Origin: Octopus bimaculoides
Taxonomy: Eukaryota
DNA: 64,000 nt
Assembly (NCBI RefSeq): GCF_001194135.2
Contig: NC_069001.1
Location: forward strand, 37,706,021-37,770,020
Reading direction: 5' to 3'
Shown: positions 49,762-61,254 of the stretch, piece after piece
Layout of the letters: each line of letters starts with the position of its first letter
Position numbering within the stretch: the stretch's first letter is position 1
Notes under the pieces: model-generated
What the model was told of the DNA's origin: nothing
Seen by the model: the letters and a program-made list of their open reading frames with translations, nothing else
Databases searched by the model: none
Program-made: the position numbers and the translations under genes

Positions 49762-52174
49762 TATTTTTTTGTCTCTCACCACAACATAAAAAGGTTTCCC
49801 TTCTTTTAGTTTTTAGTTTATTGTTAATAATTATTTCTTCCGCTATACATACATTTGCTACAATCTTTGTCAATTTTGAAGATGTTGCAAACTCTTTTGT
49901 AATCCAAAGTGAAGTAGGGATGTTTTGAAAACTAATCTCAGTTCACGGCAAATGCTTCACAGTAATTCTACCATAGATTTATATAATGAGGGTTATATCT
50001 GCTCTCAATCTTCTTTTAATCTTTAAAAGATGATCCAAAAGTAAAATATTCTTTTATTCCAATGTGATATGATATTCTGAAATAAAAGAGAAACAAAATA
50101 AAATATACTTAAAAAGTGGACATTCTAGTACATTTCTTCTATATTAGTAAATTGTATATATAAACACTTACATGAACAGTGGAACTCATTTAACACATCC
50201 AGCCCTTTTCATGACTAAAAGTTGTATACACAGTGGGAGCCACTTAATTGCAGACATCTAAGTTATTGTTACATCTGCTGGCGAATGTTATCAGCCAGTT
50301 ACTATCTGAACAACAACAAATAGATAAAACATGGAGATGCAAACAAACGAACACCGGTTGTTAAGTGGTGAGAGGACGACAAACACAAAGATAGATGACC
50401 TGCCCACCACAATAGAAATGATATCCTAAAATGAAGGTGCCATGTAAAAAGCACTGATGCTATGTAAAAGGCACCCTGTACACTCTGTAAAGTTTTTGGC
50501 ATTAGGAAGAGCATCCAACTGTAGAAACCAAGCCAAAAGAGATTATGAAACCTGGTGCGGCCCCTCGTCTTGCCAGTTCCTGTCAAACCGTCTAACCCAT
50601 GCCAACGGACGTTAGATGATGATGGTAAACGACAGGCTTCCACACATTTTCTGTCTACTAAATTCACTAACGAGGTATTGGTCACCCAGGAGCTATATTT
50701 CAAGACACTTGATTAAGATTCCACGTAGTGGAACCGAACCTGAAACAATGTGGTTACAAAGTGAGACTCTTAACCACATGGCGATGCCTGCGCCTCGTAA
50801 GATTAACAAAAGAAAAAAAAAATCGGGAGGTGTTTCAGAATATTCTACTCTGACTCTATTCCGTCGAAACTCCCTCTCTCTCCCTCTTTAAAATGAGTAT
50901 CTTTAAATGACAGTTTAAAGAAATACGTTTTGGGAATCTAAAAATAAAAGGTGACAAATTACTCACATTACAGAAATTGAGGTTTAGAAAGTCGGGGACA
51001 AAAGAAGGGAAAGGGTCCTAATCAACCCCCACCCTCACCCAATTGGTTTTCTAAATTTTATAATCGTAGCTGTGTGATTACGAAGGTTGCTTTGCAACCA
51101 TGTGGTCTTCGGTTCAATCAGACTGTGAGGCACCTTGACCAACTGTCTTCTATAGTCCTGGGCAGACCAATAAATTTGGTAGACGTTAACTAAAGAAGCC
51201 CGCCGCGCGCGCGCGTCGTTGTGTTTGTGCTTTGTCCCCACACTGCTTGACAACCGGTGTTGGTTGGTTTTATGTCTCCGTAATCTCGCGGCTCGGTAAA
51301 AGCGACCATTTGAATAAGCAGTGGGCTTATATGTACCAGAGTTCATCACGGCCACATTCCAAGCAAAAGGTAATTGTAATCTCGAAAATGTATTTCTGCA
51401 AAAGTTTCTAACAAATTCGGAATGTGGGGCATCAATCTCTAGTTATACCCATACACGTTTCGTATTTACAGACATTGACCGAAGTCTGTGTATTTCCACA
51501 GATGATGTTTAGCATTCACACAACTTAATTACTGGTACAAATTGATCACTGAAATAATACACAATATTACACGGTAATAAAATGAAGCGATTGAAAGGTA
51601 ATATAAACTATAATGTGTGATGTAAAATTAGTAAGAGGAAGAAAGACATGTATACGGTGTGACTTGAATATGTCAGAGGATGTTGTCAATCCCGTGCAAT
51701 TGGCTGCCACATGTGAGTTGAAAAACTTGTTTTAACTGACATTACCTATTGTTGTCTTAATACATTCACTGTTTTTCTTTCCACTCACCATTTCAATTAT
51801 CGTTATTCCCCCTTAAGTGAAGATCAACTCAAAGAGAAAGTATTTCGTAAGGTCACTTCAATGCATTGTATAATCACAATTTATGTTTATTTCTAGCATA
51901 TAAACTTGACGAACTTTTGTCCAACATCGCTAATTTTAAGTGGTTTTGATGTTGCTAGTCAAAGATCATTATTAATTCTCCACTCCATCACAGAATCTAA
52001 AATCGGTGATTAATAATATTGAAGCATTAAAAATACAATTGAACAACAGATATATTTGTGTGTAAACATCTATACACAAATATATTCATGTATTGAGTTC
52101 TAACAAACACGCATGCATACAAATAATAGGTGTAGGCTGGGTTAGTATTCGACATGTCCGACAGAATTTCCTTA

Positions 52175-52470
52175 CTTCACTTTCTTTCCTTTATCTTTGA
52201 ACACATCCAAACATACAGATGTAGTAGAAAGAGGACACGACCTATACAATGTAGATGATGTTTCTGTTAATAATACTTACATATTAATACAGAGCCAATG
52301 ACGAAGATGTCACGATCGATTCAAGTAGTCACAACTCAGAATGGACAATGACAGCTTCAACACAACTTCTATATTTTACAACAAATCTTCATTTAGATTT
52401 TCATATCGTCGTAAAGACTGTAGAAGCGATTTCTTTCTACAGATAATTAGCAATAATCATTTCTATTTAA
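52175..52470 (-). promoter_or_regulatory. Conserved 5' module of the 49761 gene (donor 52280, acceptor 50077)
   Basis: acttac at 52275-52280; acceptor gatattctgaaa at 50071-50082. Confidence 0.68.
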
Positions 52471-52849
52471 TTGGATCCCCTAAGTGTTAGTTTTAAATTC
52501 GATCTGACCCAGTAAAAAAGATGCTTACCAAACAACAGATTTAGTTCGTTTTAACAATAAACTGTAAGAACAACTAACTCTAATCTTTTTTTCAATAGAT
52601 CCTAGTCTGCAATCACCAACCAACACGGTGACCTTTTTCTGCAGGTGCTCAGGAAAATGTACCTCCCTGGCATTGGTGTTCATTAATGTGTGTCTATCTC
52701 TATACAGACAGACAAAACTGAAAAACATTTGTCAATTTAAGTGAAACATAAAGCAATGGGGGTAAAGTATAAAAATGACGGAAACGAATAAATAAAAATT
52801 AAAAATACATTATTATTGAAGTTAATATTGGTTTCAAATTTTGGCACAG

Positions 52850-53595
52850 GGCCAGCAAGTTCGGGGGGGGGGGGTAAGGGGTTCGTTGATTACCTCAACC
52901 CTCAGGGCTCAACTGGTACTTATTTTATCGACCTTGAAAGGATGAATAGCAAAGTCGATGCTAGTGGCGTTTAAACCCAGAACGTAAATATGAAATGTCG
53001 CCAAGCATTTTTTTCTTCGGTGTGGTAACCACTTTACTGTTGGAGATGATATTATTTAGATTCTGCCTAGGTCAACTTTGCCTTTTCTCCTTTCGGGCTC
53101 GATAAATTAAGTACCAGTGAAACACTGGGGTCGATGTAATTGACTAGTCCCCTCCCCCTGTGCCTTTAGTAGAAAGGATATTATTATTAAGGCAGCGAAG
53201 TTGGTGATCAGCAAGAAATCGTAATAGCACGGCATTTCTTCTAACGCTACGTTCAACCTTGACTTTCATCCCTCAGTGATCGAGAAAATAAAGTAGCAGC
53301 CAAGAACTGGGTCTGTGTAATTGACTGGCCCCTTTCCTCAAATTTCTGGTCTTGTGCCTATAATAGAAAGCCTTATTAAGACGACGAGCCGGCTGAATCG
53401 TAAGCACGCCGGACAAAATGCTTAGCGGTATTTTTCCTGACTATGTTCTGAGTTCAGATGTCACTGAGGTCAACTTCACCTTTCATCCTACTGTGATCGA
53501 TGAAATAAGTACCACTTGAACACTAGGGTCGATATTGCCCCCCCCCCCTCCAGAATTTTAGTCCTTGCACATATAGTAGAAAAGGGTTAGTATAA
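52850..53595. mobile_element. Cluster of four SINE copies with a Deu/Nin-like core (one -, three tandem +)
   Basis: Repeated core gccttt(c)atcc...gtcgataaa(t)aagtaccag; each + copy ends tagaaag..attatta. Confidence 0.65.
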
Positions 53596-53843
53596 AAACA
53601 CGGTTTTTATTTCTCAACTCTATTGTCATTTAAAAAAATGAATTTATTTTGAAAAGTAAACAAAAGTTCATTTTTATATTTAGTTGGTGAAAACAGATTT
53701 TATTGTTTCTTGGGTGGGTCAAAAAAGGACATGTTGTTGAAGTGATGGGTGGCAACTACAAGGACTCTCAAGAACCTATCTGATTGATTGACCAAATGAT
53801 TAATAAAACAATCAATTAGTTATTTGGTTAACTAGTTGACTAA

Positions 53844-54597
53844 TAATAATAATAATAATGCCCTGATGCAGTACCAGGCAGTGGCTTTCATGACACCTGA
53901 TCTTAACTGATAAAAGATGGGCTACAGCAAATATTCTGCTCAATACCACAGATTTGCTTGTTGGTTGCTTGATCTTAATCAGTTGAGCATGTCCCTTAGT
54001 GGCTGACGATATGTGGATCTCTGATCACAAGCAGAAGTAGTGGGGGAGAATCATAGCCATGTGTTGAAAGGAATTCTTTGGGGTGTGAATAATTCAGCTC
54101 TGGAAACATGGGTGTTTCATCCAACATACTTAAACAACCCTTATTCAGGGACCTTTTGATGGGGATGGGCTACTCAACCTGAAGAAAATTGTAACTGGGC
54201 CCTATCTGCTTAGTCATGCACTGTTTATCTTGATGTGAGATCATGTCATGCGCATATGGTTGTGATGCATGCTCCTGGTGTATTCTTATCAGATGGGTAT
54301 ACTCAGCTTTGTATATTTTACCCCAGTGTCACTTTGATGGCAGCACTGTTCTCTCACTCAATAATAATAATAAATGCCCTGATACAGTACTAGGCAGTGG
54401 CTCTCATGGCTTTTGTTCTTAACAGATTGGAAGTGATATCATGTACATTACTTTGTTTTGGTATAAAAGATGGGCTGCAGCAAATATTCTACTTAATACC
54501 ACAGATTTGCTTGATCTTAATCAGTTGAGCATGTCCCTTAGTGGCTGATGATATGTGCATTTCTGATCACAAGCAGAAGTAGTGGGGGGAGCATCAT
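53844..54597 (-). repeat. Two tandem copies of an (ATT)n-tailed retroposon 3' end
   Basis: aataataat..gccctgat(g/a)cagtac..aggcagtggct...gcagaagtagtggggg at about 53844 and about 54361. Confidence 0.7.
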
Positions 54598-54769
54598 ATT
54601 AGGAATTATATTGAAAAAGAGATAAAATATTTTGTGATTTGTAGAAGTGTAACTAATTTATTACATATAAATTTTAACAACAAAATTATATGAACCCTAG
54701 TTGAGAACCACTGGTTTAAGGCATCTTCTTTACCCTTTTTAACAGTTAACGCTGCTACACCAGTCATCA

Positions 54770-55030
54770 GCTATGTACCTCCCTGTAAAACTTGATTAAC
54801 ATGGATGACTAAGCTGTATCCTTCTCCACTAGATATTTTAAGCATCCCAGTGTTAATTCCTGTCGGACTTAGGGATTTACCTGTTTTCATATCCTTAATT
54901 ACCTTATCTATAACATTGCTGTCAACTTGGATATTCAGCCCCTTTGTTGGGTCCACATTGGCAAAAACCCAATTTTTCCAAGTCATTCTCTACTTTCAAC
55001 CCTTTTGTTACAATATTTCTGTTGAGATGC
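54770..55030 (-). mobile_element. RTE-like LINE reverse-transcriptase relic
   Basis: Peptide VIDKVIKDMKTGKSLSPTGINTGMLKISSGEG resembles the K.GKAPGP.GI..EMLK region N-terminal to non-LTR RT domains. Confidence 0.6.
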
Positions 55031-55422
55031 TCAGTGTTTCTTTCAGTTAATTTTAAATACAACACAAAATTTATAAAAAGTGATTATCACTGGAACTTTG
55101 TTATAATGAGGTTATAAAAAATAACATAACACTTTTATTTATGCAATGCACAAGAGAGCATTAATGGAAAATTAGAAGAGAATTTATTCACTGATTTGTC
55201 AAATAATAGAAAGAATTTTAGCCTTTCAGTTCTGAACATCACAGCTTTTATTAATAGTTTCAGAGATTTATTCCATTAAATGAATGAGTGTCCATAATAA
55301 TGTGCAAAGAGAAAAAGAATTTCTATGAGAATATACAATAGATACATAAAACAATGCAGAATCTTTAACACACTAGGCAAAATGCTTTGCAGCATTTCAT
55401 CCATTTCTACGTTCTGGTACAA

Positions 55423-57027
55423 TTACTGTTCTATATGAACATGCATGTGCTTAGTTAAGTTACATTTTTGAGTGAATGATTTACCACAGATATCGCAGCG
55501 GTGTGGCTTTTCCCCTGTATGAATACGTTTGTGAGTAGTTAACTCACCACTTGAACAGAATGATTTACCACAGACATCACAGTGATATGGCTTTTCTCCT
55601 GTATGAATACGTTTGTGAATAGTGACACTACTATTTGACAAGAATGGTTTACCACAGATGTCACAGTGATATGGCTTTTCTCCAGTATGAGTAAATTTGT
55701 GAGTGGTCAGAGTACTGCGATGTGCAAATGACCGACCACAGATACAACAGCTATGTGGTTTCTCTCCTGTATGAATGCGTTTGTGTCTAGTTAAAGTACC
55801 CTTCTGAGGGAATGATTTTCCACAAATATCACAGGAATAAGGCTTCTCTCCTGTATGAATACGCTTGTGCTTAATTAAATGACCAATTCCTGTGAAAGAT
55901 TTATCACAGACATCACACTGATGTGGCTTCTCTCCTGTATGAACACGCTTATGTTGAATTAAGTTATCAGCACCAGGAAATGATTTACCACAGATGTTAC
56001 AGTGATATGGCTTCTCTCCTGTATGCATACGTTTGTGTTTAATTAAATTACAACTTGTAGTGAATGATTTACAACAGAAATCACAACAATATGGCTTCTC
56101 TCCCGTATGGATACGCTTGTGTGAAGATAGATAACCTTTACACGAGAATGATTTACCACAGATATCACATTGAGATGCTTTCTCTCCTGTGTGAATGCGT
56201 TTATGTGTATTTACAGCACTAAGTACAGAAAATGATCTCCCACAGATATCACAATGATATGGTTTTTCTCCTGTATGAACACGCTTGTGAACATTTACTT
56301 CTGAACCATGAACGAATGTTTTTCCACAGATATCACAATGATATGGCCTCTCTCCAGTATGAAGACGTCTGTGTGTAGTTAAGGTAGAAGAATGTGAGAA
56401 TGATTTACCACAGACATCACAATCATATGATTTCTCTCCTGTATGAATACGCTTGTGACTAGTTACAGAACTAGTGTTGGAGAATGATTTACCACAGATA
56501 TCACAATGATATGGTTTCTCTCCTGTATGAATACGTTTATGTGTAATAAGGCTACCGCAATGTGTGAATGATTTACCACAGATATCACAATTGTAAGATT
56601 TCTCTCCTGTATGAACACCTTTGTGGTTATTTAGAGAACTAAGTACGGAGAAGGATTTACCACAGATACCACACTGATATGGCTTCTCTCCTGTATGAAC
56701 ACGTTTGTGACTAGATAGGTCACTAGTCCGAGAGAAGGATTTATCACAGATATCACATCGATATGGCTTTTCACCTGTATGCATGCGTTTATGATAAGTT
56801 AAGTTAGCAAGTTGAGAGAAAAATTTACCACAGATATCACAGTGATATGGTTTCTCTCCTGTATGAATACGCTTGTGAACAGTTAAATGAGATTTTTTAA
56901 AGAATATCTTTCTACAGACATCACAGTGATATAATCGTTTTGCTTTCTCTCTCTTTTTATCACGAGCAAAGTCAATCTTTTTAGACTGTGTTTTATATTC
57001 AATGCCTGTCTCATGCATATTTTCCAT
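55423..57027 (-). CDS. C2H2 zinc-finger protein, 18 fingers
   Basis: ORF track 55423..57093; first ATG at 57027 (MENMHETG). Ends HMHVHIEQ*. Confidence 0.93.
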   Translation of the reverse strand: MENMHETGIEYKTQSKKIDFARDKKREKAKRLYHCDVCRKIFFKKSHLTVHKRIHTGEKPYHCDICGKFFSQLANLTYHKRMHTGEKPYRCDICDKSFSRTSDLSSHKRVHTGEKPYQCGICGKSFSVLSSLNNHKGVHTGEKSYNCDICGKSFTHCGSLITHKRIHTGEKPYHCDICGKSFSNTSSVTSHKRIHTGEKSYDCDVCGKSFSHSSTLTTHRRLHTGERPYHCDICGKTFVHGSEVNVHKRVHTGEKPYHCDICGRSFSVLSAVNTHKRIHTGEKASQCDICGKSFSCKGYLSSHKRIHTGEKPYCCDFCCKSFTTSCNLIKHKRMHTGEKPYHCNICGKSFPGADNLIQHKRVHTGEKPHQCDVCDKSFTGIGHLIKHKRIHTGEKPYSCDICGKSFPQKGTLTRHKRIHTGEKPHSCCICGRSFAHRSTLTTHKFTHTGEKPYHCDICGKPFLSNSSVTIHKRIHTGEKPYHCDVCGKSFCSSGELTTHKRIHTGEKPHRCDICGKSFTQKCNLTKHMHVHIEQ

Positions 57028-57539
57028 ATTTCTGCGTCTCTTACCGCAATGTACAGACGTGTCTCTTTCGATGTTATAATTTATTTTAAACAAATCCTTT
57101 AGTTAGTGAAATCTTTGTCAATATTCGAAGATGTTCAATTAAAATACAAAATCATCTTATGTTCATTCCAGACAGTCAAAGACAGCATAAAATAGATCGA
57201 CTGTGCGATTAATTTCAGTTCAGAACAAATATTTCCCAGTAATTCTACCATACATTTATATAATGAGGGTTACATCTGTTCTGTATGACGACTTCCGTTT
57301 GTCTTTAAGATGATAAATATTGATGGATCTCAGGTAAATAATTCTTTCATGCCAACGTCATCTGATATTCTAAAATAAAACAGAACAAAATAAAATATAA
57401 AAGACACTTCAACTGAAGACATTTTACAACATTTCTTTTATATTGATAAACAGTAGATATAAACTTTTACATGAACTGGACTCGTCCAACATAGCCATTA
57501 TCGAAACTAAAAGGTAGAAATATATTGTGGCCGTTTTCG

Positions 57540-57734
57540 TGCGGGTGACACGTAAAAGCACCCACTACACTCTCTGAGTGGTTGGCGTTAGGAAGGGCAT
57601 CCAGCTGTAGAAACTCTGCCAAATTAGATTGGAGCCTGGTGTAGCCATCCGGTTGCACCAGTCCTCAGTCAAATCGTCCAACCCATGCTAGCATGGAAAG
57701 CGGACGTTAAACGATGATGATGATGACGATGATA
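57540..57734 (+). mobile_element. (GAT)n-tailed SINE-like repeat (best-preserved copy)
   Basis: gtggttggcgttaggaagggcatccagctgtagaaac...gtccaacccatgctagcatggaaagcggacgttaaacgatgatgatgat. Further copies near 11120, 15160, 20370, 21350, 21555, 50430. Confidence 0.85.
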
Positions 57735-57961
57735 AATAGATTCTTAATTTGATGGCTGTGATTTGATTGAAGGTTTTGTTGATTACAGCGACCTACTCTA
57801 AATGATAAGTGGAAATAATATCAAGAATGAAATATGCTCCCGGATCGGTATTTCCCTAATGAAAATAGTTTGATGTTCGCGAAACAAGAGGGAATATGTT
57901 TCTATGTCAATAAACGTCATCCACGCAGCGGATGTCCTATTTTGAATCCAGCAGACATAGA

Positions 57962-58245
57962 CGGTACTATTCAAGAAGAGCGGTCCCGGCGCTAGCTAGT
58001 TGTGACTAATCGAGCCTACAACGACTATCTAGCGCGAATGCGCAAAACATGTATGCGGGTTTTTTCTAAACAAACTAAATAATTTTTTTGAAACAAAGTA
58101 AATAAAACACAAAGTAAATAATACTTTGTGTAAAAAAATTATTTACTTTGTTTAGAAAAAACCCCTCATAGGATCGACTAGTCACGACTAGCTAGCGCGG
58201 ATGCGCGAGTACGCGCACCGGGACCACTCTTCTTGAATAGTACCG
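57962..58245. mobile_element. Palindromic MITE related to 30532..31099
   Basis: TIRs cggtactattcaagaagagcggtcccgg / ccgggaccactcttcttgaatagtaccg; contains cacgactagctagcgcggatgcgcga. Confidence 0.8.
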
Positions 58246-58479
58246 AGATGGACAAAGACACTGCCTCATATCGAAAGAATACCGCGAAGAGTTTTGGCTG
58301 CTATTTCTTACAAGCGGAGCGAGTACAGAAGTTAAGTAGATATTAAATTTGGGCGGGAAGTGAAGCAAGAAGAATTGTTAAAAAAGTGAAATTATAAATT
58401 CTCAAACGAAAAACGAATCTGTCAGATGTAGAGTGATCATTCGTTTGAGTTTTGTTAATGTTTAAATAGTTTTAATCAT

Positions 58480-58830
58480 TGATTTCAGATTCTGTAATGG
58501 AGTGGAGAATATCGATCTCTGAGTATCAACACCAAAATCACTTGAAATCAGCGATGTTGGACAAAAGTTTGTCAAGTTTAGATGCTACAAATAAAGGTAT
58601 AAATGGTGACTAAATAACGTACAGAAGTGACCTTAAAAATTACAAACTTTTAATTTGTGTTAAGATATGGGGAAATTACGATTATTGGAATTGAGGGTGC
58701 AAAGGGAAACAGTGAAAGTATTAAGAGAAGAATCGTTAATGTCAGTTAAAGCAAATTTATCAACTCACTTATATATGTGACAGCCTGCTGTATGGGGATT
58801 AAGACAACATCGTTACTTCAAGAAAATTCC
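58480..58830 (-). promoter_or_regulatory. Intronic half of the module upstream of the 57027 gene; donor and exon missing
   Basis: Matches 18470..18790 and ends at gttacttcaagaaaattcc; acceptor gatattctaaaa at 57364-57375. Confidence 0.6.
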
Positions 58831-59372
58831 CACTTCAACTGCATCAAGATAATGTACCTCTATGGGGATGATATTTAAATTTGTTTTGTTCTTGGTAAAG
58901 TAGAAAGAAAGAACCACATGGAATAATTAGAAGCAACACAAATGGTAAATGGCTGGCATCGCGGTTTTAATTGTTAAAAAAGATTTTAAAAACTAGAGAA
59001 TATATAAAAACTTCATGGTTTAAGTGAAATACTGAAACGAAATTCATAGTGTTACCGACTAACTTCGTCACCACAAAATTTCAGGTCTTTTGCTTATAAT
59101 AAAAAAAAGGATTATTATGCCGACTACCCCGCTGTTCTTCTACACCTCTTCGCTTTTTCTGCACTATTAGCCATATCGTCACCCAAATTATGTGTCATTG
59201 GTCACCTCTTCACAGCAACTGGACACAGTCGTCATAAATATTTGACGTTGCAACGCCTCTTTTCCAGTCACTCTCACACATAACTGAAATTACACATTCC
59301 CCTGATCCTCTATCTGTCACCACTCATGTCTATAGAAGAGAATTAGAACACATACAAACAGATGGAAGAAAT

Positions 59373-59985
59373 TTTTGGTAAATTTCTATATTAACACCCG
59401 CACGATTTTCACTAAAAAAAAAAAAACCCGGATTTTTGTGTAGAATCAAGTACCTTGACCTAATATGCTGCAAATCCCTTATTTTGGTTCGGAAGAAGTG
59501 GGGGCACCATCCCGGTATCATCGGAATTTTTTTTTTTTTTTTGAATAAATTCCTGTGACCTAATATGCTACAAAAACCTTTTTTGAGGTCCGAAAAACGG
59601 GGGTGGGGTGAGGTCGAAGCCTCGGAAATTTCACCCCACCCCCATCGATCTTTTCGCCTGCACGATTTTCACTAAGGAATAAATAAATAAATAGATAAAA
59701 ATTGCCCCCGTGTGTGCGGACGGGGGTGGAGAAAGATGAACGATTTAAAAGAAATAAATAAGGGATTTAAAATAAATATATCTTAATTGTGTGAGAAAGT
59801 ATATATATATATTCTGATGACAAAATATAGTATCTTTTAAAATCACCCTAAATTTATAGATTATATCTTGTTTGTTTAAGAAAAAATGAACATTTTACAG
59901 GAATACATTTTCCAGAGTAAAAAGTCCGACTTTTTTTTTTTTCTTAGTGAAAATCGTGCGAGTGTTAATATAAAAATTGACCAAA
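59373..59985. mobile_element. Foldback element with TIRs of about 60 bp
   Basis: tttggtaaatttctatattaacacccgcacgattttcactaa at about 59373 and its reverse complement ending about 59985; an internal cgcacgattttcactaag copy near 59660. Confidence 0.65.
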
Positions 59986-60489
59986 TTTTCTATTTCGTTT
60001 TAAGTAGGGGAAATAAGAAGTCGATCACCGTCTCCGAGAAGTCTGCAGTCACGCCCTTCGTTTACAGTAAGTTGTTATACCCTCTCAACTCTTTTCTACA
60101 ATAGTATAATAATTGATAAAAAATACATCTTATTTTATATTGAGCACGAAAAGTGCGACGCAGTGTCAAATGATGTTGATAGATGGAAACTGTCTTTACC
60201 TAATATAAAACAACGCGTTTTAATCGTCGGACACTTGTGATTATTGTTTGAATAAAATTTATCATAAACCATTCCAAAGAAAATAGAACAATTTCCGAAA
60301 TTTATTGTCTGCAATGTGTACAAGATGATTTCATTTTCTAATTAAAGTTGGATTGCAAAGAAGTTTGCAGCATCTTTACATACTAATGAAGAACGCAGTT
60401 GCTGAAAATATAGAAGAAATATTTGTTTGGAATAAAAGTTAAAATAGAAAAATACATCTTTTATTTTGAGAAAGGGAGGAAGTAAAGCG

Positions 60490-61254
60490 ATGGAAGACGA
60501 AGGCTGTGGGAAGAAGATTAAATATGAAAAACAATTTAAAAGAATTGATTTTCCTGATGATAAAAAGAAAGCTAAAGAAAAAACGTTTTATCAGTGTGAT
60601 ACCTGTGGAAAGTCATTTACTCGAAGAGGTAACCTAACTACTCACGAACGTAGTCATACTGGAGAGAAACCATTTCCCTGTGATGTCTGTGGTAAAGCAT
60701 TCTCTCAAAAAGGTAACCTAACTGCACACAAACGCACTCATACAGGAAAGAAGCCCTATCGCTGTGATACCTGTGGTAAATCATTCTCTCAAAACACTGT
60801 CTTAACAAAACACAAACGCATTCATACAGGAGAGAAGCCATATCACTGTGACATCTGTGGACAGTCATTCTCTATAGATCACAATTTAACTAATCACAAA
60901 CGTATTCACACAGGAGAGAAGCCATATCTCTGTAATATCTGTGGTAAATCATTCTCTCAAAGCAGTGTCTTAACAAAACATAAACTTATTCATACTGGAG
61001 AGAAGCCATATCATTGTAATATCTGTGGCAAATCATTCTCTCACAAAGGTAACTTAGTCACACACAAATACACTCATACAGGAGAGAAACCATATCGTTG
61101 TAATATTTGTGGTAAATCATTCTCTATAAATTTTAATTTAAGTACTCACAAACATATTCATACTGGAGAGAAACCATATTATTGTGATATCTGTGGTAAA
61201 TCATTTTCTCATAAAGGTACCTTGACTAAACATACACTTATTCATAAACAGTAA
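60490..61254 (+). CDS. C2H2 zinc-finger protein, 8 fingers
   Basis: ORF track 60466..61254; first ATG at 60490 (MEDEGCGKK). Ends HTLIHKQ*. Confidence 0.92.
   Translation: MEDEGCGKKIKYEKQFKRIDFPDDKKKAKEKTFYQCDTCGKSFTRRGNLTTHERSHTGEKPFPCDVCGKAFSQKGNLTAHKRTHTGKKPYRCDTCGKSFSQNTVLTKHKRIHTGEKPYHCDICGQSFSIDHNLTNHKRIHTGEKPYLCNICGKSFSQSSVLTKHKLIHTGEKPYHCNICGKSFSHKGNLVTHKYTHTGEKPYRCNICGKSFSINFNLSTHKHIHTGEKPYYCDICGKSFSHKGTLTKHTLIHKQ

Noticed and set aside
4134-60489. Non-ATG N-terminal extensions in the ORF track (4134, 37254, 43363, 49782, 57093, 60466)
   Set aside because: They open on GTG/TTG; paralogue alignment places the start at the conserved ATG-GA(A/T) codon.
16287-60868. Many antisense ORFs reading [17 protein letters not shown]...
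   Set aside because: They are the reverse-complement shadow of the GKSF/HCDIC/TGEKPY codons; each starts at the same ATG created by tca ttc and has no independent coding signal.
4250-61250. 84-bp periodic repeats as a CRISPR-like array
   Set aside because: The period equals one 28-aa zinc finger within open frames; the context is eukaryotic and there are no cas genes.
4152-61254. Named gene symbols or KRAB/SCAN/ZAD/BTB domains
   Set aside because: Leaders of about 20-37 aa are too short and lack these signatures; the lineage-specific paralogues cannot be assigned to named genes.
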